In this document: one piece after another, positions 22,967 through 36,300 of the stretch | Layout of the letters: each line of letters begins with the position of its first letter | Position numbering within the stretch: the first letter of the stretch is position 1 | DNA from: Blasia pusilla | Lineage: Eukaryota | Assembly (NCBI GenBank): GCA_050084515.1 | Contig: CM114271.1 | Span: 35,030,001 to 35,094,000 of the forward strand | Length of the DNA stretch: 64,000 nt | Direction of reading: 5' to 3' | Made by a program: the position numbers and the translations under genes | Notes under the pieces: model-generated | Seen by the model: the letters and a program-made list of their open reading frames with translations, nothing else | Told to the model about the DNA's origin: nothing | Database searches by the model: none

Positions 22967-23960
22967 CATTGCCTATTCTCCTTGTAGGGAATAAGTACAA
23001 TCCGTTCGTTGGGAGGCCACATGTTTGTCCTCGTCCAAGGTTTGTGTCAATTTTTTGGATGTATCCAAATTTGCATATACAAGACAAGGGTCGATAGATA
23101 GCAATGAACAATCTCTATGAAGAAAGTACACGCATTCCTTCTTGTATTGTTTTAGGAAATTAAAGAAGAAATCTTATGAATGATCGAGGATGAAATTTGA
23201 TTTTTTGGGGAATTAGCTTATGAGATCTAATTTAACTGGAGCTCTTTCATAGGGAATAAAGTATGCCTTGGGAGAAGAAAAAAAAGTTAAATTTCTCCAA
23301 CATCAATAACCGCTAATGATCAATCATGAAAATGCCTCTAATTTATGATGCATTGTGTTTCTTCTCATCTTGTCTAAGCTCACTTCCAAAATTGGCAGAC
23401 CCGTGGGAAAAATTGCTTCATTTAAATCAAACCCAAAGGATCTGGCAAGGAAAAACATTAACAGGTTTGGCGGCTGTGGCCATCTTTCTCACTTTCTTGG
23501 CATGATGGAAAATTGGCGCCAAGGTTTTCCATACGCATAACCTTCTCTTCCCTTCCATGAGGGAAAAGGTCAAGAATGCACATAGACATGTCCATATCTG
23601 AGGACTTATGTCTATCCCTATGACAGATATGTTCGTACGGGGAGTGGGTACTCGCAAACTGCCTCGCCCGTAACATAGACCCGGGCTTGGTAGCCCACCC
23701 TAGGCTCACCCTCTCATAGGCCAATGAAGGCTGGTGCAGGCCATGTGTAGACTACACCAGGATTTATAGCCCGTACACCCGGTCGGTCCTGCCTCGCCAC
23801 GCCCATACCCATTCCCGCACCTTGAGCCCATGCGGGGTAGGAAAGGTCCATGGTTGCATGTGGACAAAGTCCGTGTCCATAGTCATGTCCATGTCCGTGG
23901 ACTTATGACCGTCCTTTGGAAGGACTGGTTCGTATGGGCCCCACCTTTCCCTTCTTTCTC

Positions 23961-26900
23961 ATGAAACAGACCTGGAAAGAAGGATTCGTGAAGGATACAT
24001 GAAGGATGAGCAAGCGAGGGAGTACCTTGGGAAGTTAAAGCGGGGCGAGAAGGTGGCCAATCTGAGTTTGAGACACGGCTTGCTAAGGTTTAAGCAGAGC
24101 AGGATCTATGTAGGCCAAGGCAAGCTACGGACCAAGGTGTTTGTGGAATGTCATGATGGACCTTTGGCGGGACACAAAGGGGAGAAATCCACTCTTGCTG
24201 TTTTGTCTAAGAGGTTCTTCTGGCCCAACATGAAGGAAGATGTTGCTCAATATGTGAAAACATGCGTGACCTGCCAGGCGAACCGCGTGTCTTATGCGAA
24301 GAAACAAGGTTTACTTCATCCTTTGCCAATCCCGGAGGGACCCTTGCAAAGCATTAGCATGGATTTCATTACGAGTCTTCCAGAATCTGAGGGATACAAC
24401 GCTATACTTGTGATAGTTGATCGGTTTAGCAAGTTGGGGAGGTTTGTGCCGACGAGAGAGTTTGCGACGGCCTACGCGACTTCCCGACTATTCCTGGATG
24501 GTTGGTGGCGTGTGCACGGATTGCCTAGGAGCATTGTGTCCGATCGGGATCCGAAGTTTACCAGTGCCTTTTGGAAACATCTATTCATGAGGTTCCGGAC
24601 CAAACTCAGCTTTAGTACGGCCTTCCATCCTCAAACGGATGGGCAAACGGAAAAAGTAAACTCGGTCGTAAACCAATACTTACGGAATTACGTGAGTGCG
24701 GACCAAAAAGATTGGGCCAAGTGGTTAAGTATGGCTGAGTATTGTTACAACTCGACTAAGCATTCTGCAACCGGAGAATCTCCGTTTCTTCTGGCGTATC
24801 AAAGAGAACCAGAAGGGCCTCTTGACTTAGCTCTTTCGAAGGGCAATACATCGACACACACTCGTCAAGCAACGGCGGAATGTTTGTTAGTGGAAATGCA
24901 GGAACGACAAGAGCGAGCGAGAGAAAGTCTCGCCAAAGCTCAACTAAGGTACGTAAAGCATGCTAACAAAAGTCGGCGCCATGTGAGTTTCCAAGTTGGG
25001 GAACAAGTGTGGTTGAGTGTTAAGAATCTCACTCTTCCGAAAGAATTGTCTGCAAAATTGTCAGCCAAGTATGCTGGACCGTATGTGATCAAGGCAAGGC
25101 CGTTTGAGGATGTATACACGTTGGAGCTGCCAAACGAGTTCAAGATTCACCCGACTTTCCATGTGTCATTATTGAAGAAGTATCTTCAAGACAATGTGCG
25201 CCCGGAGCTTAAGGAGGATGTTGAGACCACAACCGGTCATCGAAATGAGGAACCAGAGTTTGAGGTTGAGACTATTGCGCTGCCCAGACGTAGGGCCACC
25301 AAGTACGAGTACTTGGTCAAGTGGAAAGGCTATCATGTGAAAGAGGCGACTTGGATTGCGGAGGCGGATCTAGAACATGGGCAAGAAGCATTGCGTGACT
25401 TCAGATGGATGCAAGAAAGGCACGTGCGTTAGTACATGGTGAAGCAATGGACATAACTTGTGACCGGAAAGCTTGGGCCGATAACCCGTTGTAACTAGAA
25501 AGGTTTAGTTGTTGCAATAAAGAAGACATGGATTTGGAGATTCGATGCTTGTATTATAATTTTGAGTTTGGTTTGTGCAAGGCAATGAGTAGTTCTTCAT
25601 ATGCTTAGGATGTAAGTCAAGGAGACCAAACAATGAGTATTTGAGGTGAGAGCTTGTACTCAGATAAGGCATCTAGATCAGGACCAAGTGTTGAAGTACT
25701 AGCATTTGGGCTCGCCCTAACGTCGGCGGGGCAGATGAGTCTGTCTTGGGGTTTGTGGTGATCTCATTCATGTTTCATGACTGAACTTAGTGACGCGCCT
25801 AGGTGGAATACAGGTGACCCAAAAGTAGTACGAGTTGGCTAGGTAGACAGGCGGTTGTTTACAAATAGTGAGTGAAGTGTTAGGTTGCAGACTTAGTGAG
25901 CTTATTTTGATAGTTAGATTAGTTTGGCAGAACTAGTCTAGGCTCATCAGAAAGCAGAAGCTAATAAGTCTAAGTGCTGCAAGCGACAAACCTAAGACTT
26001 AAGCCAAAAAGAGGAATTGCGGGTTAGCTACCAGAACGCGATTCTGTGTTAAGGGGTCGGCTTCCCTAACTTAACATCAATAAGGTTTTGCGTTGATGAG
26101 GACATCAACCTTCTAAGGAGGGGTGAGTGTCGCGACCCTCATAACCAAACAACACCAAATACGCGCCAAGCTTAAACATCGAACTCAAAGGAACTCACGC
26201 CGCGAGGTTTGCGCTTTGAGAGGCGTTTGGAAGAGTCTCTTGAAAAGTCTAAGAGACGAAACGTGGAACAGAGTTGTGCGTTTCATGCGTTAGTGGTCGC
26301 GACCAGGAAACCTAGACCAAACGCGAACCGAGACTTGAGATGAGTTGAGTCTTGGAGGTTGGTTGCCAAAGAGGTGAGAACCAGTTTGGAACACGGCTAG
26401 CGTTTGGGAGAATCTGACTGTGTTTAGGACCATAACGTTGAGCTCCGAGATGCGTTCGGGACAAGTAAGGACGCGTTGGAAAGCTGATCTTGAGACGCTT
26501 CCAACGCACCAAAGATCTCAGCAAACGCATAAGTACAGACTGAGATATTGGCCGAAAACGATTCAGAGAGCAATCGGGTTGAGGGCCAATTGGAGGGGCC
26601 CGGGTGTCTTTCCCTAAATGTAGGGGGCCCCCGGAGATCCCCAGAAGTACTAGTAAGGGGAGTACCTTCTCTAAGATGTCTCCGGAAACGAAACCCCACT
26701 TTGGGCGCCAAACGGCGTTTGAGGCACGGATGAAACGGGAGTTTGGCGCTGAAACCCAAACCCAAACCTGATCCAAGGGAGTGGACTTTGCACGCCACAC
26801 TTGGATTCCAACCCGAGATTCACTTCGATGCGAGTCTTGGTGAGGAACTCATTGGATGTTCATCGGACAGTTGGAACCGCTAGCGCGAAACGCCGTTGCA

Positions 26901-27157
26901 GGTGTTCCTCGAACCGACTGAGAAGTCTGTCCCAAGTCTTTCGAGACTTGCCCGTGTTGGAAACCGCGAAACTAGGAAGGTTGAGCTTGAAGAGAGAGTC
27001 CGAGACGAGAACTCGGAAAGTAATCCCGCTGATTGATCCAAGACCCGACTAACCGAAGTGCGTGTTTGGATGTAGATCAGCGTTGAGAGCGTGACCTACT
27101 GAACGCACGCTTCCGCAACAAACAAGATTAACGTTCAAGAAGAGTAGGCGCACGACA
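23961..27157 (+). mobile_element. 5'-truncated chromovirus unit (INT-chromodomain, 3' UTR, PPT, LTR) in tandem with the next element
   Basis: 23961-26127 is a near-identical copy of 30354-32514; PPT aaggaggggtgag directly before LTR 26128-27157. Confidence 0.9.
23999..25432 (+). CDS. Gypsy integrase with GPY/F motif and chromodomain (fragment of pol)
   Basis: H-H/CxxC Zn finger, ISMDFITSLP, VDRFSK, IVSDRD, HPQTDGQTE, KYAGPY, IHPTFHVSLLK, YLVKWKGY...TW. Confidence 0.92.
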   Translation: MKDEQAREYLGKLKRGEKVANLSLRHGLLRFKQSRIYVGQGKLRTKVFVECHDGPLAGHKGEKSTLAVLSKRFFWPNMKEDVAQYVKTCVTCQANRVSYAKKQGLLHPLPIPEGPLQSISMDFITSLPESEGYNAILVIVDRFSKLGRFVPTREFATAYATSRLFLDGWWRVHGLPRSIVSDRDPKFTSAFWKHLFMRFRTKLSFSTAFHPQTDGQTEKVNSVVNQYLRNYVSADQKDWAKWLSMAEYCYNSTKHSATGESPFLLAYQREPEGPLDLALSKGNTSTHTRQATAECLLVEMQERQERARESLAKAQLRYVKHANKSRRHVSFQVGEQVWLSVKNLTLPKELSAKLSAKYAGPYVIKARPFEDVYTLELPNEFKIHPTFHVSLLKKYLQDNVRPELKEDVETTTGHRNEEPEFEVETIALPRRRATKYEYLVKWKGYHVKEATWIAEADLEHGQEALRDFRWMQERHVR

Positions 27158-30100
27158 CGTGGTATCAGAGCAATTCCTTGATGAGCGTGAACTTGGGGTC
27201 GTTGAAGATCTGGACGTTTGGGGAGAACTCAAGGTAGCCGGAAGACCGCGACGCCGAGGAGGAACGCAAGAGGCGAGGAGGAGATCTGAGAAAAGGCGAC
27301 GACTCGCAAATGGCGACCAAGGGCGAAGAACCGAGGAAACCGCGAGTCAAAGCAAAGAAGCCAAGAGACAAATCAATGACGGACCGAGAGCCGGAGGTGG
27401 AATTTGTGACTCCCGAAGTGCCGAGTCCCAGACATGAGGATGTTCCAACCGAAAATCTTTCCGCGGGACCTTCGGGTCCAAACTTACACGATCCGGCCTT
27501 TTATACCCAAATGATGGGATTGATGAAGGTGATGGCGACCAGATGGTGAACAGAGCAAGGTGATCTCGAATTCAAGTCAAATGGAGCCTCTAGTTCGGCA
27601 AGAAGCTTTGTAAGACTAATTTGCCAACGCCATTCACAGGAATGGGGCGTTTCGAAAGTGAGCGAGTTTCTAACGGAACTTGAACTCTATTTCAAGCGCA
27701 AAAGGCAGATTTAACAAGACAAGGTGATCAGAGCGGTCACGTTTCTTCAAGGATCACGCTCTCCATTGGTGGACGGCTCACCGGAAAGAACATCTAGGTC
27801 GTGGGAAAACGTTGAATTGGGAAGATTTCAAGGAGTTGATTGGGAACCGATTCACCCGGAATATCGTGAGTACCGCGATGGCATGGAGGTGGTGAGGTTG
27901 CGCCAGAGTGGATCACTTGGCGCTTATGTAAAGTAGAGTTTAGTGCGCTCATGAGTGCACTTTCCACGGATGAACATACTAAAAGGTGATCTTCCTAAGT
28001 GGGCTCAAACCGAGTGCCGAGAAGGCTCTCTTTGTATGCCTCACATCCCGAGCAGACGTCGCGGACCTCTTGAGACTAGCCGAGCGGATTGGGGACGATG
28101 AAGTCCAACACCCAAACCCTTTGAGACAAAAAAAGTTTTTCTAAGTTCTGAGAAGAATAAAGGGACATCCAAGAGGGTTTGGAATGGGGGTGAGCGACCA
28201 CGGAGGGTCTCCCCAGCGGTAAACGAGTGGAACTCAAGGCGAAGCCGAAGGGGCCGCCGTTTACGAAGTCAACGAATGCCAAAGTGATTTGTTATAATTG
28301 TGGCGAACCAGGGCATATGGCTAAGGAATGTGTGAGGCCCAAGGTTAGTAAACCGAGTATGATTGCGTTTGCCGCTAAGCATTTATCGGAGGGAGATCTA
28401 GATACATCTCTACAGGTCACCAAGAGGACGCCCAATTTGGTTTACCTAGGATCCAAGATCGCTAATCGCGATGTGATGTTGCTCGTTGATACAAAGCTTC
28501 GACTCATTCTTGAGTCCGAGAATCGTAAAAACGTTGGGATTTCCAACCACCAAAGCGGATGAACCCATTAGGGTAGGATTCGCGGGAGGAAAATCCCACC
28601 AGACATCAGATCTAGTTTTAGGGCTAGTTGTGAGATGCGGAGTATTTGAGTTGAAGGAGAATTTTACTGATTTAGTAGATGGACGGTATCGACGGAGTCT
28701 TGGGGAACACGTTCTTGGATGCGTATGAGGTGGAACTGAGGCGGAGACCTTTGAGGTTAAGCGTCTTGGTTAACGGCAAACAGACGGACGTCTGATTGGT
28801 TCGTGAGGTGCCTAGAAAGACGGAGTTGGTGAACGCCATCACGAGGACGAGTATGGCCGAGTTAGAGGAAGGATTCCTTTGCTTGATGAGACGAGTAGAG
28901 GATGATGCAAGCGCAAGATGCAGAGATCAGAACTCAGCTTCAAGGGAGATCCCTGAAACACTCAAGAGAGTTGTGAAAGAATTTGAAGATGTGTTGACTA
29001 AGGAGCTTCCGACTGAGTTGCCACCACATAGGGCGGTTGATCATAAGATTGAGGTGATACCAGGATCTCAACCACCTTCAAAGGCACCATATAGGTTGAA
29101 TCAAGAGGAACTTGCTGAGTTGAAGAAACAGTTGGGTGAACTCCTAGAGAGGGGTTACATCCGAACGCAGCAAGTCACCTTATGGGGCGCCTGGCCCCTT
29201 TGTCAAGAAGAAGGATGGGAAGTTGAGACTCGTGTTGATTATCGGGCGCTGAATAAAGTGACGGTAAGGAATAACTATCCTCTACCGAGGATGGATGACC
29301 TCTTTGATCGATTGTCGGGTGCCAAGTATTTCAGCCGGATTGACCTGAAATCAGGATATTATCAGATTCGGATTGCCGAGCGGATGTAGAGAAGACCGCC
29401 TGTAGGACGAGATACGGTTCGTTCGAGTTTGTAGTAATGCCTTTCGGTCTTTGTAATGCGCCTCCGACGTTTACCACTTTGATGAACTCCATCTTTCACA
29501 AGGAGACGGATGAGTTTGTGATCATCTATATAGATGACATACTCATCTATTCGAAAACACTAGAGGAGCACGCTCGACATTTGAAGACGGTGTTTGAGAA
29601 ACTTAGGGCGAACAAGCTGTATGCGAATGCGGATAAGAGTGAGTTCGGTTTGACGAAGATCAAGTTCTTGGGACATGTGGTCAGTGCGGATGGAGTGAGT
29701 CCAGACATGGAAAAGGTGAGCGCGATTGCCGAATGGGAACCGCCTTCCACGGTGAAGGGGATGAGAAGGTTCATCGGAGCTGTCCAGTTTTACCGGACAT
29801 ACGTGAAGAATTTTTCGGGCATAGTGAAACCTCTCACGGATTGGACCGCAAAGTTTGCCAATACTGCATGGACCGAGGAAGTGGATAAAGCGCTCAATCG
29901 AAGTCAAAGAGATCCTCTCAGAGAACCGATTGAAATCGCCGGAGTTTGAACAACGTTCGAGGTGCACACGGATGCTAGTGATTTCGCGATTGCAGGAATG
30001 TTGGTGCAAAAAGGGAGACCTGTAGCATACGAAAGCAAGAAGCTGACCGACACCAAAAGGAGATGGCCTACTCATGAGAAAGAGTTGTTTGCGGTGGTTC

Positions 30101-33100
30101 ATTGCTTGAGGAAGTGGCGTCACTATTTGGGACTTCACAGGACTCGAGTATTCACCGATAACATATCGCTCAAGTATTTTGAGACCCAGGATCGCGTGAC
30201 GCCAAAACAACTTCGGTGGCATGATACCTTGGCGTTGATGAATGTGGAGCTAATCCACAAGCCGGGGAAAGACAATGTCATTCCAGATGCGTTAAGTCGC
30301 AGGGATGAACACATGCCATCGATTTACACAAGTGTTGAGAGCAATGTTCCCTAATGAAACAGACCTGGAAAGAAGGATTCGTGAAGGATACATGAAGGAT
30401 GAGCAAGCGAGGGAGTACCTTGGGAAGTTAAAGCGGGGCGAGAAGGTGGCCAATCTGAGTTTGAGACACGGCTTGCTAAGGTTTAAGCAGAGCAGGATCT
30501 ATGTAGGCCAAGGCAAGCTACGGACCAAGGTGTTTGTGGAATGTCATGATGGACCTTTGGCGGGACACAAAGGGGAGAAATCCACTTTTTGTTTTGTCTA
30601 AGAGGTTCTTCTGGCCCAACATGAAGGAAGATGTTGCTCAATATGTGAAAACATGCGTGACCTGCCAGGCGAACCGCGTGTCTTATGCGAAGAAACAAGG
30701 TTTACTTCATCCTTTGCCAATCCCGGAGGGACCCTTGCAAAGCATTAGCATGGATTTCATTACGAGTCTTCCAACTGAGGGATACAACGCTATACTTGTG
30801 ATAGTTGATCGGTTTAGCAAGTTGGGGAGGTTTGTGCCGACGAGAGAGTTTGCGACGGCCTACGCGACTTCCCGACTATTCCTGGATGGTTGGTGGCGTT
30901 GCACGGATTGCCTAGGAGCATTGTGTCCGATCGGGATCCGAAGTTTACCCAAGTGCCTTTGGAAACATCTATTCATGAGGTTCCGGACCAAACTCAGCTT
31001 TAGTACGGCCTTCCATCCTCAAACGGATGGGCAAACGGAAAAAAGTAAACTCGGGTCGTGAAACCAATACTTACGGAATTACGTGAGTGCGGACCAAAAA
31101 GATTGGGCCAAGTGGTTAAGTATGGCTGAGTATTGTTACAACTCGACTAAGCATCTCGCAACCGAGAATCTCCGTTTCTTCTGGGGCGTATCAAAGAGAA
31201 CCAGAAAGGGCCTCTTGACTTAGCTCTTTCGAAGGGCAATACATCGACACACACTCGTCAAGCAACGGCGGAATGTTTGTTAGTGGAAATGCAGAACGAC
31301 AAGAGCGAAGCGAGAGAAAGTCTCGCCAAAGCTCAACTAAGGTACGTAAAGCATGCTAACAAAAGTCGGCGCCATGTGAGTTTCCAAGTTGGGGAACAAG
31401 TGTGGTTGAGTGTTAAGAATCTCACTCTTCCGAAAGAATTGTCTCGCAAAATTGTCACCAAGTATGTTGGACCGTATGTGATCAAGGCAAGGCCGTTTGA
31501 GGATGTATACACGTTGAGCCGCTAAACGAGTTCAAGATTCACCCGACTTTCCATGTGTCATTATTGAAGAAGTATCTTCAAGACAATGTGCGTCCGGAGC
31601 GAAGGAGGATGTTGAGACCACAACCGGTCATCGAAATGAGGAACCAGAGTTTGAGGTTGAGACTATTCTGCGTTCCAGACGTAGGGGCCACCAAGCACGC
31701 AGTACTTGGTCAAGTGGAAAGGCTATCATGTGAAAGAGGCGACTTGGATTATGGAGGCGGATCTAGAACATGGGCAAGAAGCATTGCGTGACTTCAGATG
31801 GATGCAAGAAAGGCACGGCGTTAGTACATGGTGAAGCAATGGACATAACTTGTGACCGGAAAGCTTGGGCCGATAACCCGTTGTAACTAGAAAGTTTTAG
31901 TTGTTGCAATAAAGAAGACATGGATTTGGAGATTCGATGCTTGTATTATAATTTTGAGTTTGGTTTGTGCAAGGCAATGAGTAGTTCTTCATATGCTTAG
32001 GATGTAAGTCAAGGAGACCAAACAATGAGTATTTGAGGTGAGAGCTTGTACTCGAGATAAGGCATCTAGATCGGGACCAAGTGTTGAAGTACTAGCATTT
32101 GGGCTCGCCCTAACGTCGGCGGGGCAGATGAGTCATCTTGGGGTTTGTGGTGATCTCATTCATGTTTCATGACTGAACTTAGTGACGCGCCTAGGTGGAA
32201 TACAGGTGACCCAAAAGTAGAACGAGTTGGCTAGGTAGACAGGCGGTTGTTTACAAATAGTGAGTGAAGTGTTAGGTTGCAGACTTAGTGAGCTTATTTT
32301 GATAGTTAGATTAGTTTGGCAGAACTAGTCTAGGCTCATCGTAAAGCGAAGCTAATAAGTCTAAAGTCGCAAGCGACAAACCTAAGACTTAAGCCAAAAA
32401 GAGGAATTGCGGGTTAGCTACGTAACGCGATTCGTGTTAAGGGTCGGCTTCCCTAACTTAACATCAATAAGGTTTTGCGTTGATGAGGACATCAACCTTC
32501 TAAGGAGGGGTGAGTGTCGCGACCCTCATAACCAAACAACACCAAATACGCGCTAAGCGAAACATCGAACTCAAAGGAACTCACGCCGCGAGGTTTGCGC
32601 TTTGAGAGGCGTTTGGAAGAGTCTCTTGAAAAGTCTAAGAGACTAAACGTGGAACAGAGAGTTGTGCGTTTCATGCGTTAGTGGTCGCGACCAGAAACCT
32701 AGACCAAACGCGAACCGAGACTTGAGATGAGTTGAGTCTTGGAGGTTGGTTGCCAAAGAGGTGAGAACCGATTTGGAACACGGCTAGCGTTTGGGAGAAT
32801 CTGACTGTGTTTAGGACCATAACGTTGAGCCCGAGATGCGTTCGGGACAAGTAAGGACGCGTTGGAAAGCTGATCTTGAGACGCTTCCAACGCACCAAAG
32901 ATCTCAGCAAACGCATAAGTACAGACTGAGATATTGGCCGAAAACGATTCAGAGAGCAATCGGGTTGAGGGCCAATTGGAGGGGCCCGGGTGTCTTTCCC
33001 TAAATGTAGGGGGCCCCCGGAGATCCCCAGAAGTACTAGTAAGGGGAGTACCTTCTCTAAGATGTCTCCGGAAACGAAACCCCACTTTGGGCGCCAAACG

Positions 33101-33546
33101 GCGTTTGAGGCACGGATGAAACGGGAGTTTGGCGCTGAAACCCAAACCCAAACCCGATCCAAGGGAGTGGACTTTGTACGCCACACTTGGATTCCAACCG
33201 AGATTCACCGTCAAGTGCGAGTCTTGGTGAGGAACTCATTGGATGTTCATCGGACGATTGGAACCGCTAGGCGCGAAACGCCACAGTGCAGTTGTTCCTG
33301 AACCGACCAGAAAGTCTGTCCCAAGTCTTTCGAGACTTGCCCGTGTTGGAAACCGCGAAACTAGGAAGGTTGAGCTTGAAGAGAGAGTCCGAGACGAGAA
33401 CTCGGAAAGTAATCCCGCTGATTGATCCAAGACCCGACTAACCGAAGTGCGTGTTTGGATGTAGATCAGCGTTGAGAGCGTGACCTACTGAACGCACGCT
33501 TCCGCAACAAACAAGATTAACGTTCAAGAAGAGTAGGCGCACGACA
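26128..33546 (+). mobile_element. Full-length Ty3/Gypsy chromovirus, LTRs 26128-27157 and 32515-33546
   Basis: TGTCGCG...CACGACA LTRs; PBS TGGTATCAGAGC; gag CCHC CYNCGEPGHMAKEC (~28290); protease remnant LLVDT; RT YIDD; RNase H TDASD; INT-chromodomain; many 1-nt indels. Confidence 0.95.
27160..27171 (+). promoter_or_regulatory. Primer-binding site complementary to the tRNA-iMet 3' end
   Basis: TGGTATCAGAGC begins 2 nt after the LTR end. Confidence 0.9.
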
Positions 33547-35299
33547 CCCATTGCCCTTGCGTTTGTCAACCAATTGACTTGTTGTCTTGGCCCACGCCGC
33601 CTTATGGAGAGAATTGGATTGTTATATGGTGGAAATTTAGTGTGTTCGAGTGGTATTTTCCTCTCATCAATCCATAGTACACTTTAGTATTCGTGTGGAG
33701 CCAATTGTGATTATATTGTGATGTCTGCAACCACAACATACCTCTAAATTGTTGTGTCAGGCTGCTCATTGCCTCACGGCACTACCCATGATTGCAAAGT
33801 CGTGCCAAGATCATGGAGTTTAAGTTTGCGATGAGAGGAGTTATATTTTTCTTCGCACCACATCTCCGAGAATTGTGTCATATTGCCTATAGCCACGCAA
33901 TATTGTCAGAAAGGTTGCAATTACGTTGTGGATCTAAAATGTCTTTTTATTACACTTGCACCACAATTGTATAATCATTGAAGCTAGCCATAGCATAATC
34001 GCAAATCAATCACTTGACAACTGTCAAATACTCACAACATGGTCACAAATTTGCAACTAATTTACAATTGTCATGTGCATAGCATTGTCACTTGCAAACT
34101 ATTTATTTTTAATACTAGAATTTTTTCAAATTTTTTCAAATTTCCTAATTTTGAAATGTACATTTCAAATTTCATATCCACATTTGAAAATTTGAAAAGT
34201 TTCCAAATTTACATTTGGAAAATATTTCCAAAATATGCAATAATTTATGACAGAAATTGTCCTACTATCCATGACCTTAATAGTGACTTTAGTAGTGAGA
34301 TATTCTCCATACTTTGTGAACTACAAAATACACCCACATAGTTAGTTGAACATGCTGAAATATCACTAACTCATACATTCGAAGATTATTAGGTCGAAAA
34401 TGAATGATTTATATACAAAATGACTCAAATTATAAATTGGTTGGTTAAATTTCATTTTTATGACTTACCAATTTGAGACCAATATAGTCATATCCATATC
34501 ATTTATATATTAGTTATTGTCATGCAAATGAAAATGAATTTTAAATATTATAAATATCATCACGTTTTGTATGGGAACCATGATTTAATTAAATTGGTTC
34601 AAAATTCATACTAGATTTCAAAATTTACCAAAAAGTATAGGGTCCAAACTTTAATAAGAAAGAAATGTACTTTGAGTATAATTTTAATTGAGCTCACATT
34701 ATTGATGGAATGAAAGATCCATTTGCTTTCATAGTTTTCATATTTCTAGATTCTTTTCTTAGATTTCAATTTTTTTATTCTTAAGAATAAATGCACATAC
34801 TTTTTATCCATTTATGAAGGATTTGGTGTATTTTTATAAAAAAATTTAAGGAGATTAAATTAAATTTCATCAAGAATAATATCATAGAGTTTACTTTTAA
34901 TTTTTAGCTAAATGAATTTATTTAAATAATTTTGACAAAGAATATGTTTATTCACTAGTAGATAACTTAAAATTTCTTACAAACCATAATTCCTTTTTCT
35001 AATTTGAAAGGATTAGGTCTCCTATAATTTTCAATATTACTTAAAAAAAATTCATGTAGTTCTCTTTTAATTGTGGATTTCTCATCTTCATCGACTCCTT
35101 GTTCGCCCTGTTACATAACAAATTGATGTATGAGGGGAGCACTTCCACCAACTCCAAGTAAGTTGCATGAGTACAATTGAGACACATGGGACTAGACTAC
35201 GAGAGCATATATACATTTCTGTGCAACCAATTCTTAGATTGTGGGCATGTGTCATCCTTGAGGATTTTCCCACATTGTTGAACAACAGGATATCAAGAT

Positions 35300-36300
35300 G
35301 ACATGAAAGGAGATGTGACTGCAAAGGTTATTCATCCCATGATTTTTGTGCTTGTACAATATTCCATCCTTGGTAGAGTTGATGGTATGGCATGCTCGCC
35401 ATCGATCCATTGATGGTGTGATATGGTTGATAGTGGACTCTCCAATCCATTCCTATGTAGAGAGCACCTACTCAATTTGGCAACCAGAGCCAAGGAATGT
35501 AGAATTGGATCTAGGTACCACTCGGATGTGACTCTACAGTCTTACAAAACGATGCTACTGAGTGTGGCTAATTATGTTGGTGAATTATGACATCCATCTT
35601 GGTTGGCTATGGAGAAGGGTTTCTTGATTATGGGATTGATCATCATGAGTCCATATTATGACATTTCCTTAAGTAAGTAGCATGAATACACATATTCATT
35701 TCATGGAATATAATTCCATAAATAATATGTTGTGTATGTTAATGAGCTCTCCATGATGCACGCCTAAGATGGCTTGCCATGTAGACATGTAACTTGAGCC
35801 CTTGGGGAGGAGTTATCCACCCTATTTGGGGGGAGTTCATATGCCAAATCTTGCCGTGGATAGGAGAATTCAATGTCATGAGAAGACAAGGGTTTTCAGA
35901 CCTTGGGCCATGGTGTTATGCACTAGGCATTATGCACTTAGTAATTATTTTGGATCGCCCCTTGTTCTTATGACGCATCATGCTTATCAATGGTAATACG
36001 ATAGCATAGTAAGTGGATCATAACTATGCAATTAATATCATTTAACTCTTACTTTGGATTGTAAAGATTGTGGATACATATCCGTTTTGCAAGTTTCAAG
36101 TAAGGTAGCATATCCTAGGTGTAGACTTGGGTCGGAGGCTGCATATTGCGGGAGAGTTGAGGACCACCATATACCCAAGTGCGGCCAAGTATTTTCCTCG
36201 TGGGCATTCCATAAGGGTGGACTAGCTAGGAAGGACACTTGATAGATGACATTGAAGTATCATCTCCTATGTTGCATGTGGATTGATTGGTGTAGGAAGA
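35300..36300 (+). pseudogene. Degenerate CACTA (En/Spm) Tnp2-like transposase remnant
   Basis: LMVWHARHRSIDG...VDSP...EPRNVELDLGT resembles the Transposase_21 pattern M.WH...DG...DSP.W...EPRN.RLGL.TDG; boundaries uncertain. Confidence 0.65.
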
